Origin: Planctomycetota bacterium
GTDB taxonomy: Bacteria; Planctomycetota; UBA1135; UBA2386
Length of the DNA: 64,000 bases
Reading direction: 5' to 3'
NCBI GenBank assembly: GCA_046290465.1
Contig: JBKAGP010000001.1
Location: 288,001-352,000 of the forward strand
In this document: positions 29,266 through 38,527 of the stretch, in pieces
Layout of the letters: each line of letters starts with the position of its first letter
How positions within the stretch are numbered: the stretch's first letter is position 1
Made by a program: the position numbers and the translations under genes
Notes under the pieces: generated by a model
Database searches by the model: none
The model's input: the letters and a program-made list of their open reading frames with translations, nothing else
Told to the model about the DNA's origin: nothing

Positions 29266-30587
29266 TCGACCTCGACCAGCTCGCGCCGCCGGAGACGCGC
29301 CTCGGCCAGCTGCAGCGCGGCCGCGGCGTCGGCCTGCTGCGCGCCCGCACCGAGCCGGGCAGCGTCGACGACGTGCTGCACTGCATCACCGACGACCCGC
29401 GCGTCGACCGCCAGATCGAGTCCCGCGGCCGCTACCTCGGCGAACTGGTCGCCACCCTGCGCGCCGACCTCACCCCGATCGTGCGTTCGCTCGCCGGCGC
29501 CGACGAGGATCGCCTCGGCCACGAGGTGCTGGCGGCGGCTGCGGCCTGTGGCCACGGACCCGCCCGCGCGCTGCTCGAGGACCCGCGCGTCGACGAGGCG
29601 CTGCGCTTTCATGTCGCGTTGTGGCTGGTCGACTGGGACGTGCTCAAGCCGGTCGCGCTGTCGCCGCCGATCCGCGCGCGGGTGATGGCGCAGATGCTGG
29701 ATCTGTCCGACAGCGCCGCGGTCGCCTCGGGGCTGCAGCCCCGCGAACGGCCCGACCTCGCCGCGATGTCGGTCGACGACCTGCTCGAGTTCGCGCGCAG
29801 CGCCCGCGTCGCGCAGCTCGACGACGTGCACGCCGAGCTGGTCCAGCGCACCTCGCCGGCCGACCGCGAACGCCTCTGGTCGTGCCTGCGCGACGACCCG
29901 GTGCACGGCCGGGTGCGCACCGCCGCGCGCGCACTCGGCGCGATGGACGACGACCGGGTGCTGGCGCTGTGCGAACAGCTGTTCGCGCAGGAGGACGTGC
30001 TCGACGATCCGGCGCGCACGCTGGCCGGCCTCGACCGCATGCGCCGCGCTGCGCTCGCCGGCTACGTGCGCCAGCTGCCCGGCCCGCGCCAGCTCGACCT
30101 GGCGCGCCGCTGGCACCCGCGCGGCGGCTACTTCGCGACGGTCGCCGGAACCGCGTTCGCCGACCACGCGACGCGCGACGATCGCACCTACCTCGAACGG
30201 CACGTCGCGGCCGACGTCGTCACCGGCAGCGGCTGGAACATCATCAGCGAACTCGACGCCCTGGCCCGCCTCGCCGACCCGCGCTCGGCGCCGCTGCTCG
30301 CCGAGGTGGCCGAGCAGGTGGCCTACAGCCACGCGCGCCGACGCGCGGTGCACGCCCTGGCGATGATCGCGAGCGAGACCGGGGCGCGCATGGCGGCGCT
30401 GCGCGAAGCGCTGTGGGACAGCGAGGACGAGGCCGCCGCCGACGCCTGCGCGTTCGTCCCGGAGCTCGACGAACAGGCCCGCGGTCGCGTCGCGGAGCTG
30501 GCGCGCGGGCCGGTGTTCGACGACGAACTGCGGCGCCGGGCCAGGCGTCGGTTGCGACGCGGCGGCGGGCCAACGGCTGCGGGGTAG
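29262..30587 (+). CDS. HEAT/ARM-repeat hypothetical protein; start codon unclear
   Basis: Open frame with helical repeats (LAPPETRLGQLQRGRG, DPRVDRQIESR, SHARRRAVHALA, EALWDSE). No ATG/GTG/TTG at the apparent N-terminus. Confidence 0.65.
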   Translation, partial: VVDLDQLAPPETRLGQLQRGRGVGLLRARTEPGSVDDVLHCITDDPRVDRQIESRGRYLGELVATLRADLTPIVRSLAGADEDRLGHEVLAAAAACGHGPARALLEDPRVDEALRFHVALWLVDWDVLKPVALSPPIRARVMAQMLDLSDSAAVASGLQPRERPDLAAMSVDDLLEFARSARVAQLDDVHAELVQRTSPADRERLWSCLRDDPVHGRVRTAARALGAMDDDRVLALCEQLFAQEDVLDDPARTLAGLDRMRRAALAGYVRQLPGPRQLDLARRWHPRGGYFATVAGTAFADHATRDDRTYLERHVAADVVTGSGWNIISELDALARLADPRSAPLLAEVAEQVAYSHARRRAVHALAMIASETGARMAALREALWDSEDEAAADACAFVPELDEQARGRVAELARGPVFDDELRRRARRRLRRGGGPTAAG

Positions 30588-30672
30588 GGAGCGGTGGGTC
30601 ATCCGAGTTCGCGCTGGTTTCGTGGCGACGAGCGCGCACGGCACTCCGTGCCGCAGTACAACCACCGAGCAC

Positions 30673-30735
30673 GCCAGCCGGACGAGCCAGCCAGACGAGC
30701 CAGCCAGGCGAGCCAGCCCGACAAACCCGCCAGAC
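30673..30735 (+). repeat. Intergenic 13-bp tandem repeat, ~4.5 copies (GACGAGCCAGCCA)
   Basis: Units at 30681, 30694, 30707 and 30720 (decaying), plus a partial unit upstream. Confidence 0.8.
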
Positions 30736-30738
30736 ACG

Positions 30739-31044
30739 ATGCGAGTGTTCCTAGATGATGAACGGGTGCCACCCGACGGGTGGACCCTGGTGCGATGGCC
30801 CGACGAGGCGATCCGGCTGCTGGAACACGGCGACGTAGAGGAGATCAGCCTGGACCACGACCTCGGCGATGACGAGCGAGGCACCGGCTACGACGTCGTC
30901 CTGTGGATCGAGCAGGCGGTCGCGATGCGCGGCTTCGCCCCGCCGATCGTGCGCGTTCACTCGGCCAACTCGTCGGCGAGGCTCAAGATGGAGGCCGGCA
31001 TCGAGGCGATTGCGAGGTTGGTCCGGGCTCGGGATGATCGCTGA
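30739..31044 (+). CDS. Cyclic-phosphate-processing receiver-like (cREC_REC) domain protein
   Basis: VFLDDER.PP, ISLDHDLG, GTGYDV..WIE, VHSAN signature. Confidence 0.85.
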   Translation: MRVFLDDERVPPDGWTLVRWPDEAIRLLEHGDVEEISLDHDLGDDERGTGYDVVLWIEQAVAMRGFAPPIVRVHSANSSARLKMEAGIEAIARLVRARDDR

Positions 31045-31077
31045 CGGATCGACGCCCGCCCGACTCCGGAGGCGCTG

Positions 31078-31629
31078 GTGCGCACACAGCCGCTGACCTA
31101 CCTCATCGCAGGCATCCTGATGTCCTTGTGGGGACTCTGGTTCGCGGGCGCCTCTCTGTTGCTGGCCGAGGAGATGGGCCTCGCAGTGCTCGTTCCGGTC
31201 TGGCTCATGCTCGTCGTCGTGCCGACCGTGATCGGAGGCATGTTCGTGTGGCGGTCTGGCACCCTCTGGCACATCAGGAAGGCGGCGCCGAAGCCGGTCG
31301 CAGCACCGGCCAGGACGGCTCGGACCGGGGGCGGGCCGAGGCGAGCCAGCCGCAGCGATCGCCTGCACCAGCTGCTGCTGATCGGGCTGTTGTCGGCGGG
31401 TGCGTCCTGGATCGCCGCCGAAACGAGGTCCGGTCCGTGGACCGCCGAACCACACCATTTGTTCGCCTGTGGCCTGGCCGCGGTGTCGATCTTGGCGCTG
31501 CTGGGTGCGTTGCCGCGGCTGCCGCAGGCCGTGCGTCCGTTCGTCTGGTTCGTGTTGGTCCTCGAACTGCTCGTGATCGCCACGCTTTCGGACGGGCTGA
31601 TGTGGGCGTGGGGGAGGCTGACCGGGTAG
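31078..31629 (+). CDS. Hypothetical integral membrane protein
   Basis: About 5 hydrophobic helices; atypical codon usage. Confidence 0.5.
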   Translation: MRTQPLTYLIAGILMSLWGLWFAGASLLLAEEMGLAVLVPVWLMLVVVPTVIGGMFVWRSGTLWHIRKAAPKPVAAPARTARTGGGPRRASRSDRLHQLLLIGLLSAGASWIAAETRSGPWTAEPHHLFACGLAAVSILALLGALPRLPQAVRPFVWFVLVLELLVIATLSDGLMWAWGRLTG

Positions 31630-31749
31630 CAGCTGCCGGAGTCGGCTGGCGCCGACCGCTCCGCGTCGCGGCTTTTTTCGCACGGCGGCGACGGATCCGG
31701 TGGTCGGCGTCGTCTCTCCTGCAGAACCAACCCACGAGAGAGAGAACCG

Positions 31750-32469
31750 ATGATCCAACGACTTGCTGCAGTTGCTCTTCTGATTCCGATGGCCCTTTCG
31801 GCGCAGGATGCCCAGGGGGGCCCGGCGGGCCCGTCCCGCCGCGCCGGCCCGGAGCCAGTGGTGGTCTCCTTCAGCTTCGAGGGCGGCACGCTGAAGGAGT
31901 TCGTCGCCGCCGTGCGCAAGGACCAGCCGAAGGCCAACATCGTGCTGGCGACGCGCGCCGATTCGGCGGTGATCCCGCCGATGATCCTGCGCGACGCCGG
32001 CGTCGAGCAGGCCCTCGAGGGCGCCTGCATGGCCGCCGAGGCCGACTTCCAGGTGCGCGTCAAGGAGTTCCGCGGGGCTGGCCAGCCGGTCTACTCGATC
32101 TACGCGTACGCGCAGTCGCAGCCCGGCGGCGTCCAGATGGTCGGCCCCAAGCCCGGCCAGCTGCACCAGCGCGTGTTGACGCTCAACGACCTGACCGCGC
32201 AGCGCGCGTCGGGCATGAAGCCGATGAAGGTCGAGACGGTGCTGTCGGCGCTGGACCTCGCGATGGCCGACGAGAAGAAGCCGCCGCGCATCCGCTACCA
32301 CGAGGACGCCGGCCTGCTGCTGGTCCGCGGCACCTACGAGCAGATCGAGGTGGTCGAACAGATCATCGTCACGCTGAGCCGCGACCTCGACAAGCAGGAG
32401 ACCCGCTACGTGCAGCGCCAGCAGATGGAGGCCGTCGAGCGGGCGAAGAAGGAGCGCAAGCCGAAGTAG
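31750..32469 (+). CDS. Exported protein with secretin/TonB N-terminal-like (STN/N0 and NolW/N3) domains and no barrel
   Basis: Signal peptide ALSAQ; FSFEGGTLKEFV..LRDAGVEQALE; IRYHEDAGLLLVRGTYEQIEVVEQII. Confidence 0.6.
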   Translation: MIQRLAAVALLIPMALSAQDAQGGPAGPSRRAGPEPVVVSFSFEGGTLKEFVAAVRKDQPKANIVLATRADSAVIPPMILRDAGVEQALEGACMAAEADFQVRVKEFRGAGQPVYSIYAYAQSQPGGVQMVGPKPGQLHQRVLTLNDLTAQRASGMKPMKVETVLSALDLAMADEKKPPRIRYHEDAGLLLVRGTYEQIEVVEQIIVTLSRDLDKQETRYVQRQQMEAVERAKKERKPK

Positions 32470-32482
32470 GAGCGTCGAGGCC

Positions 32483-33067
32483 TTGCCCGATCCGCGCACT
32501 TCGCTGCCGTCGGCACCGCCGGCGGTGGACCACACGTTCTCCGGTCGCATCGCGGCCGGGGACGAGCGCGCGTACGAGCAGTTCTATGAGGCGTGGTTCG
32601 CGTCGACGCTGGCGCTGGCGCGGGCGAGCAGCCGGCGCGACGAGGCCTGGTGCCTCGACGTCGTGCAGGACGTGATGCTCAATGTCGCCCGCCGGATGCC
32701 GGCGCTCGACAGCGACGAACGGCTGCGCGCGTGGATGGCGCGCGCCGTCGTCAACGCGGTCGTCGACCGCAGCCGCGCCGAGTCGCGGCGCAGCCGCCGC
32801 GAGCGGGCGGTTGCCGACGTCGCGCCGACCCTCGCCGACGAGCCGTGGTTCGAGCTCGCGGAGGGGGAGCGGCAGCAGTGGCTGCAGCAGAGCGTGGCGG
32901 CGCTGCCGGCGACCGACCAGGCGCTGCTGCAGGCGCGCTTCGGCGGGGCGTCGTCGGTGACGGCCGCCGCCGATGCGCTCGGGATCAGTCCGGACGCCGC
33001 CCACGGGCGGTTGCGCCGGGCGTTGCACAGGTTGCGGCAGAAGGCCGCGGAGTGGTGGCATGCATGA
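32483..33067 (+). CDS. ECF sigma-70 factor
   Basis: GDERAYEQFY, DVVQDV, AWM..AVVN..VDR.R, region 4 AADALGIS.DAAHGRLRRA. TTG start uncertain. Confidence 0.85.
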   Translation: MPDPRTSLPSAPPAVDHTFSGRIAAGDERAYEQFYEAWFASTLALARASSRRDEAWCLDVVQDVMLNVARRMPALDSDERLRAWMARAVVNAVVDRSRAESRRSRRERAVADVAPTLADEPWFELAEGERQQWLQQSVAALPATDQALLQARFGGASSVTAAADALGISPDAAHGRLRRALHRLRQKAAEWWHA

Positions 33068-33479
33068 GAGACGCGAATTGAGTCCGCTGGCGCAGCAGCG
33101 CATGGCGGCGATGTTGCCGCAACTGGTCGGCGCGGTGCGCTGGCGGCGTCGCCGCCGTCGGGCCGTGCAGGGGGCGCTGGTCGCGGCGGTGGTCTGGCTC
33201 GGGGTCGCGCTGTGGCCCGACGGTACCGCCGGCCCGCAGCCGGTCGACCCCGGACCGGTGCAGCGGGTTCCGATCTGCGAGGTCGTGCACGACGTGCCGG
33301 ACGTGCTGGCCAAGTACCGGGTCGAGCCGGTGCGGCGGGCCGACTGGTTCGTCGACGACGACGAGCTGCAGCAGTTCCTCAGCGAAGGGCAGCGGCCGAG
33401 CGGCCTGGTGCGCGTCGGCGCGCGCGTCACGGTCGTGCGTTCGGCGATCGATCCGTTCCCGAAGGGCGAGGCGGAGTGA
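33060..33479 (+). CDS. Small single-TM protein, putative anti-sigma factor
   Basis: Overlaps the sigma stop; RRRRRR followed by a TM helix and a short extracytoplasmic domain. Confidence 0.6.
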   Translation: MHERRELSPLAQQRMAAMLPQLVGAVRWRRRRRRAVQGALVAAVVWLGVALWPDGTAGPQPVDPGPVQRVPICEVVHDVPDVLAKYRVEPVRRADWFVDDDELQQFLSEGQRPSGLVRVGARVTVVRSAIDPFPKGEAE

Positions 33480-33723
33480 CGGTCCGTCGCACGCGACGCG
33501 GCGGCACCGGATCGAAGCCCGGCTCGCAGAACGGGTGGCACCGGCACAGCCGCCAGACGGTCAGCCAGCTGCCGCGCACGGCGCCGTGCACGCGCAGCGC
33601 CTCGAGCGCGTACGACGAACAGGTCGGGTGGAAGCGGCAGGTCGGCGGCTTCATCGGGCTGATCACCTTGCGGTAGATCCAGACCGGCACCGACAGCAGC
33701 CAGGCGAGCGGCGAACGCGTCAT
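33427..33723 (-). CDS. yidD: Membrane protein insertion efficiency factor
   Basis: [23 protein letters not shown]...HG..RG.WL...[15 protein letters not shown]. Confidence 0.95.
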   Translation of the reverse strand: MTRSPLAWLLSVPVWIYRKVISPMKPPTCRFHPTCSSYALEALRVHGAVRGSWLTVWRLCRCHPFCEPGFDPVPPRRVRRTVTPPRPSGTDRSPNARP

Positions 33724-34112
33724 CGCCGGCGCCGGCCCTTTTGCTTTGGTGGCGGCTTGTGGAACGCCTTCTCGACCAGCCGCGCGAGTTCGACGCGCAG
33801 TTCCGCCAGCGGCAGGTCGTCGTCGCGGCGCCGCGGGATCAGCACCACGTCGCAGTTCTGCGGCATGCGCGCGCGCTCGAGCCGGAACGCCTCGCGCAGC
33901 ACGCGCTTGAGCTTGTTGCGCCGCACGGCCCCGCCGTGGTCCTTGCTGACCGACAGGCCGAGCCGCGGTGCCGGCACCTCGCCCTGGCGGCGCGGCCAGA
34001 CGACGACCGTCACCCAATCCCCGGACGCGCGCCGGCCGCGGCCGTAGACCGAGCGGAAGTCGCGCTGCGTCTTCAGCCGCAGCGAGCCGGGCAGCGTCGT
34101 CGCGAAGCTCAC
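33720..34112 (-). CDS. rnpA: Ribonuclease P protein component
   Basis: RLK...[31 protein letters not shown] (RNR motif variant). Confidence 0.93.
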   Translation of the reverse strand: MSFATTLPGSLRLKTQRDFRSVYGRGRRASGDWVTVVVWPRRQGEVPAPRLGLSVSKDHGGAVRRNKLKRVLREAFRLERARMPQNCDVVLIPRRRDDDLPLAELRVELARLVEKAFHKPPPKQKGRRRR

Positions 34113-34122
34113 GGCTACGAGG

Positions 34123-35082
34123 CTACTGCCGCAGCGCGTTGACCGCGTAGGTCTTCTTGTCGTGCTCGTCCGGCAGCTCCGACATCGACAGGAACAGGCG
34201 GAAGTCGCGCTTGGCGGCGTCCTTTCGCTCGAGGGCCATCAGCACGCGGCCGCGGTTGTAGTAGTCGTTGCTGCGCTTGGGATCGAGTTCGAGCACGCGG
34301 TTGAGCTGCGCCAGCGTCGCTTCGAGCTGGTTGCGGTCGAACAGCCAGTCGGCGTAGAGCGCGCGCACGTCGATCTCCTCGGCGCGCAGCTCGCGCAGGT
34401 AGCGGTAGCGCTCGGCCTCGTACTCGGGCGTCGGGGTGCGCTCGACGTCGGCGCGCACGACCGCCTGCTCGTCGGCCGACTCCTTCAGGAACGCCTTGGC
34501 CGACTTCTCGAACTGCTTGTCGTCGCCGCGCTGCAGCGCGATCTGCAGGCGGTGCTTGTGGGTGATGCGCAGCAGCGCGCCGAGGTCGAGCAGGTAGCCG
34601 AGCAGCTGGTCGGCGGCCTCGAGCCGGTCGCCGGCGCGCGCACGTTCTTGCTGGGCTTCCGACCACAGCTCGTCGCGCTTGTCCGGCGTGCGACGCGCGC
34701 GGTCCTCGAGGCGGATCGCCTCGCCGAGGTTGCGCAGGCCCTGCTTCTGCTGGGCGAGGCCGTAGTAGAGCAGCACGTACGGCTCGTGGCGCATCGGCGA
34801 GCGGCGGTCGAAGACCTGCTCGAGCTTGGTCGTGGCGCGGTCGAGCAGCTTCGGGTTGCGTTCGCTGGCGCGCAGCAGGATGGCGCCCTTGATCGCGTTG
34901 AGCTTGTAGTCGTCCGGGTCGATCTCGAGGCCGCGCTCGGCCTGGATCATCGCCTGTTCGAGCTTGCCGCCTTCGAAGTAGATCGGCGCGTTGCGCTGGC
35001 AGGCCGTCAGCACGTCCTGCTGTTCGGGGGAGATCGTCGAGCAGCCGCAGAGCAGCAGCAGGGGGAGGGCGTATCGGCGCAT
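34123..35082 (-). CDS. TPR-repeat lipoprotein
   Basis: MRRYALPLLLLCGC lipobox; TPR patterns (GLEIDPD, VLELDP..SNDYYNRG). Confidence 0.8.
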   Translation of the reverse strand: MRRYALPLLLLCGCSTISPEQQDVLTACQRNAPIYFEGGKLEQAMIQAERGLEIDPDDYKLNAIKGAILLRASERNPKLLDRATTKLEQVFDRRSPMRHEPYVLLYYGLAQQKQGLRNLGEAIRLEDRARRTPDKRDELWSEAQQERARAGDRLEAADQLLGYLLDLGALLRITHKHRLQIALQRGDDKQFEKSAKAFLKESADEQAVVRADVERTPTPEYEAERYRYLRELRAEEIDVRALYADWLFDRNQLEATLAQLNRVLELDPKRSNDYYNRGRVLMALERKDAAKRDFRLFLSMSELPDEHDKKTYAVNALRQ

Positions 35083-35314
35083 CGTGGACGCGAGGCTTGG
35101 GGACGTGGCAGCAGGGGGCAGGCTGCCTCGGAGGGGTCGGCCTTTCGGCGAGGCGGGAAGGATACGGCCTGATCGGCCGCGCTGTCGAGTCCGGCCCGGC
35201 TTCCGGCGACGTTGTTCTGCCGCCGGCGCCGATCCGCCGCGCCGGACGACGGGCTTCATCGCCGCGGTGGTAGGGGCTACGCTCGCGCCCTTCCCTCTGC
35301 CTGCCCGAGTGCCC

Positions 35315-36616
35315 ATGTCGACCAAGAAGCCCTCTCGTCGTTCGTTCCTCAAGACCTCCGCCGCCGTCGGCGGGGCCGTCGCGGCCTCCGGTTCGCTCGG
35401 CGCGCTGCGCGCCGCGTCGCCCGTGCACCAGGGCGGCGGCAAGCTCAAGGTCGGCATCGTCGGCGTCGGCGGCCGCGGCTCGGGCGCCGCCGTGCAGGCG
35501 ATCATGGCGGACAAGGAGAACGTGCTCTACGCCGCCGGCGACGCGTTCGTCGACCGGCTCGAGAACGGCCTCGCCGGGATCCAGAAGTCGGCCGAAGGGG
35601 CTGGCCGCAAGGAGCAGTTCCAGGTGCCGGCCGAGCGCCGCTTCGTCGGCCTCGACGCGCTCGACCAGGTGCTCGCCACCGGCGTCGACGTGGTGCTGCT
35701 GGCGACGCCGCCGGGCTTCCGTCCGATGCAGATCGAACGCGCCGTCGAGAAGGGCGTGCACGTGTTCGCCGAGAAGCCGGTCGCGACCGACGCGCCCGGC
35801 GTGCGCCGCGTCGAGAAGGCCTGCGCGCTCGCCAAGAAGAAGGGCATCTCGGTCGTCAGCGGCCTCTGCTACCGCTACCACGACGGCCGCCGCGCGGTCG
35901 TGCAGAAGCTGCAGGAAGGCGCGATCGGCGACATCCTGACGATGCAGGGCAACTACGTCACCGGCGAACTGTGGTTCCGCCCGGTCGAGGACAACTGGAG
36001 CAAGCTGCAGAAGCAGGTGCGCAACTGGCTCTACTACACGTGGCTGTCGTGCGACCACATCGGCGAGCAGCACATCCACACGCTCGACATGCTGGCGTGG
36101 ATCAAGGGCGACGTCTACCCGAAGGCGGCGACGTCGCTGGGTGGCCGGCAGAAGCGCACCGACCCGAAGTTCGGCAACGTCTACGACCACTTCGCGACCA
36201 CCTACGAGTGGGAGGACGGCACCCGCGGCATCGCCCAGTGCCGCCAGCAGAACAACTGCTGGCGCGACGTGAACGAGTACATCTACGGCACCAAGGGCAA
36301 GGCCAACATCTTCCGGCACCAGATCGCCGGCGAGGACCGTTGGCGCTACGCCGACAAGGCGCGCAACATGTACCAGGCCGAGCACGACGAGATGTTCGCG
36401 GCGATCCGCGCCGGCAAGCCGATCAACAACGGCGAGTACATGTGCAACAGCACGCTGATGGCGATCATGGGCCGCATGGCCGCCTACACCGGCAAGCGCA
36501 TCACCTGGGAGCAGGCGCACCAGAGCCAGGAGGTGCTGATGCCGAACCTGCTGACCTGGGACGACGAGCCGCCCGAGCACCCGGTCGCGATCCCGGGCGT
36601 GACCAAGTTCGTCTAG
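35315..36616 (+). CDS. Tat-exported Gfo/Idh/MocA oxidoreductase
   Basis: SRRSFLK Tat motif, GIVGVGGRG, ATPPGFRP, HVFAEKPVA, EQHIHTLD. Confidence 0.92.
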   Translation: MSTKKPSRRSFLKTSAAVGGAVAASGSLGALRAASPVHQGGGKLKVGIVGVGGRGSGAAVQAIMADKENVLYAAGDAFVDRLENGLAGIQKSAEGAGRKEQFQVPAERRFVGLDALDQVLATGVDVVLLATPPGFRPMQIERAVEKGVHVFAEKPVATDAPGVRRVEKACALAKKKGISVVSGLCYRYHDGRRAVVQKLQEGAIGDILTMQGNYVTGELWFRPVEDNWSKLQKQVRNWLYYTWLSCDHIGEQHIHTLDMLAWIKGDVYPKAATSLGGRQKRTDPKFGNVYDHFATTYEWEDGTRGIAQCRQQNNCWRDVNEYIYGTKGKANIFRHQIAGEDRWRYADKARNMYQAEHDEMFAAIRAGKPINNGEYMCNSTLMAIMGRMAAYTGKRITWEQAHQSQEVLMPNLLTWDDEPPEHPVAIPGVTKFV

Positions 36617-36712
36617 TCCGTCTCGCGAGCAATCGCCCATGGCAAGGCCGGCTCACGAAGGCGTGAGACGGCCTTTTTGCTCTGCAGAGAAACCATGAGC
36701 TAGACTCCTCCC

Positions 36713-37216
36713 GTGACGAGCACCATCGAAGGGAAGGTCGGCGCCGAGCGTCGGGATGAAATCGTGGTCGAGGACAACGGGGAGCGCCGGACGTTCGCGG
36801 ACCGGCGCCGTCGGCCGACGCCGATGTTCAGCCGTTATGTGCTGTGGGGCGGCCGCCGCCGCCATATCCGGCGCGATGAGGAGCGCGACGGCGCCTTCGT
36901 CGACGTGCACGGACCGGGCGTGCTGTTCGTCGTGCTGGCGATCGTCGCGCTCAACCTGCTCGATGCGTTCTTCACGCTGCTGTTCCTGTCGCACGGCGGC
37001 ACCGAACTCAACCCGGTGGTGCAGGTCGTGCTCGACTCGACCTGGCACCCGTGGCCGTTCCTGCTGCTGAAGACCGTCGGCATCGGCATCGCCTGCGCGT
37101 TCTTGATGATCGCCAAGCACTTCCGCCCGGCGCGCTGGGGCATGGCGTTCGTGTTCATCGGCTACTCGGTGCTGCTCGGCTGGCACCTGTTCCTGCTGCA
37201 GTACCTGCCGGTCTAG
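36713..37216 (+). CDS. DUF5658-like membrane protein
   Basis: DRRRRPTP..SRY..WGGRR, LNLLDAFFTL, GGTELNP, TM helices. Confidence 0.75.
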   Translation: MTSTIEGKVGAERRDEIVVEDNGERRTFADRRRRPTPMFSRYVLWGGRRRHIRRDEERDGAFVDVHGPGVLFVVLAIVALNLLDAFFTLLFLSHGGTELNPVVQVVLDSTWHPWPFLLLKTVGIGIACAFLMIAKHFRPARWGMAFVFIGYSVLLGWHLFLLQYLPV

Positions 37217-37237
37217 CTCGGTCGGCAGGAGCCATGG

Positions 37238-38527
37238 CTATCGGCCCTGGTTGGACGCGCCGACCTCGCCGAATCGGAACCCAACGAACACGGCGGACTC
37301 GCCTTGCAGGTCGAGCGGCTGTCTGCCGTCGCGGTACTCGACGAAGAAGTCGTCGTAGGTGAGCGCCACGCGCACGAAGGACGTCGTGTCGAGGTCGGCG
37401 GCCTCGATCGACGACGGCGCATCGAGTTCGTGATAGAGCAGCCACTCGGCTTCGAGATCGATCGTCTTCTTGCCGTCGTCGCTACTCCAGAGCTCGTTGC
37501 GGTAGTAGGCACCCGCGCGTGCGCGCAGGAAGTCGTCGTCCACGCCGCCGGTGATCATCTTGCGCGACTCGTTCTCGGACGCGTCGACGGCGTCGATGCC
37601 GACCCAGAGGTAGGGGCCGCGGTTGAGGTTGGCCAGCTTGACGACCTGGTTGCCGCCCCGCAGCCAGCCGCAGAACCAGTCGAGCGGCTTGCCCAGTATG
37701 GGCAGCTTCAACTTGGCTTCGGCGCCGCCGACGAACTGCACGTCGTCGAAGTCCTGGTCGGTCTCTGCGCCAGCGTCGAACTCCAGCCACGCGCGCCACT
37801 TGCCCGTCTCGTCGAGCCAGGGGGCCAAGCCCGCCGTGGCTCGGTCCAGCTCGGGCCAGGTATCCTCGTCGACCGGGAACGCTCGGCCAGGCGCGATCTC
37901 CTGCCACAGTCTGCGGGCCTCCTTGAGCAGACCGGGCTTGTCCTGGTCGGAGGCCAGCGTCCACTCGGCATACAGCTTCGACACCTCGGCCAGCTCGGGC
38001 TCGTTGCGATAGAGCAGGCCCTCGCGTCGAAAGCTTGTGTAGAGCTCCTGACCCTGGCGCCGCGTCATCGTGTAGTCCTTGCGGCTGCCTCGATCCGGGA
38101 GCAGGTCCAAGGTCCAGCGCAGCTTGTGCTCCAGGCCCCGCGTCGGGGCGAGTTGTGCGTCGGCGGTGAGAACGCCCTCGCTCTTCAGATAGAGGTCCGC
38201 GCCCTCGAACAGGTGTTCGATCTTGTACTTGATCGCTGCGGTCGTCATGTCGCCCGCAGCGGAGGACACGGTCGTCGGTTCGATCTCGACGAAGTCGGTG
38301 AAGTCCCGACGATCGAGTCGGAACTCGGTGGATTCGATGTCGACGGGTTCCGTCGCGGCCGTGACGCGGTCCTGGGGCAGGCTCGGGGGCAGCGCAAGCG
38401 CTGTGTTGGACGAGTGGATCGTGGGCGAGGCGGAGTGGTTGCGGAACGGCCGGGGCGCCCCGCAGCTGCACAGAGCGAGCAGTGCGAGCAGCGCCAGCAG
38501 AACGGCTACGGGCTGGGATGGCATCAT
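37238..38527 (-). CDS. Hypothetical lipoprotein, possibly with a beta-barrel C-terminal region
   Basis: LLALLALLALCSC lipobox; amphipathic beta strands ending AVFVGFRF; ATGA overlap with the upstream gene. Confidence 0.6.
   Translation of the reverse strand: MMPSQPVAVLLALLALLALCSCGAPRPFRNHSASPTIHSSNTALALPPSLPQDRVTAATEPVDIESTEFRLDRRDFTDFVEIEPTTVSSAAGDMTTAAIKYKIEHLFEGADLYLKSEGVLTADAQLAPTRGLEHKLRWTLDLLPDRGSRKDYTMTRRQGQELYTSFRREGLLYRNEPELAEVSKLYAEWTLASDQDKPGLLKEARRLWQEIAPGRAFPVDEDTWPELDRATAGLAPWLDETGKWRAWLEFDAGAETDQDFDDVQFVGGAEAKLKLPILGKPLDWFCGWLRGGNQVVKLANLNRGPYLWVGIDAVDASENESRKMITGGVDDDFLRARAGAYYRNELWSSDDGKKTIDLEAEWLLYHELDAPSSIEAADLDTTSFVRVALTYDDFFVEYRDGRQPLDLQGESAVFVGFRFGEVGASNQGR

Noticed and set aside
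30673..30735. Short repeat arrays as CRISPR (also 28091-28128, 2736-2779, 13-96)
   Set aside because: They are contiguous tandem units without unique spacers, and there are no cas genes.
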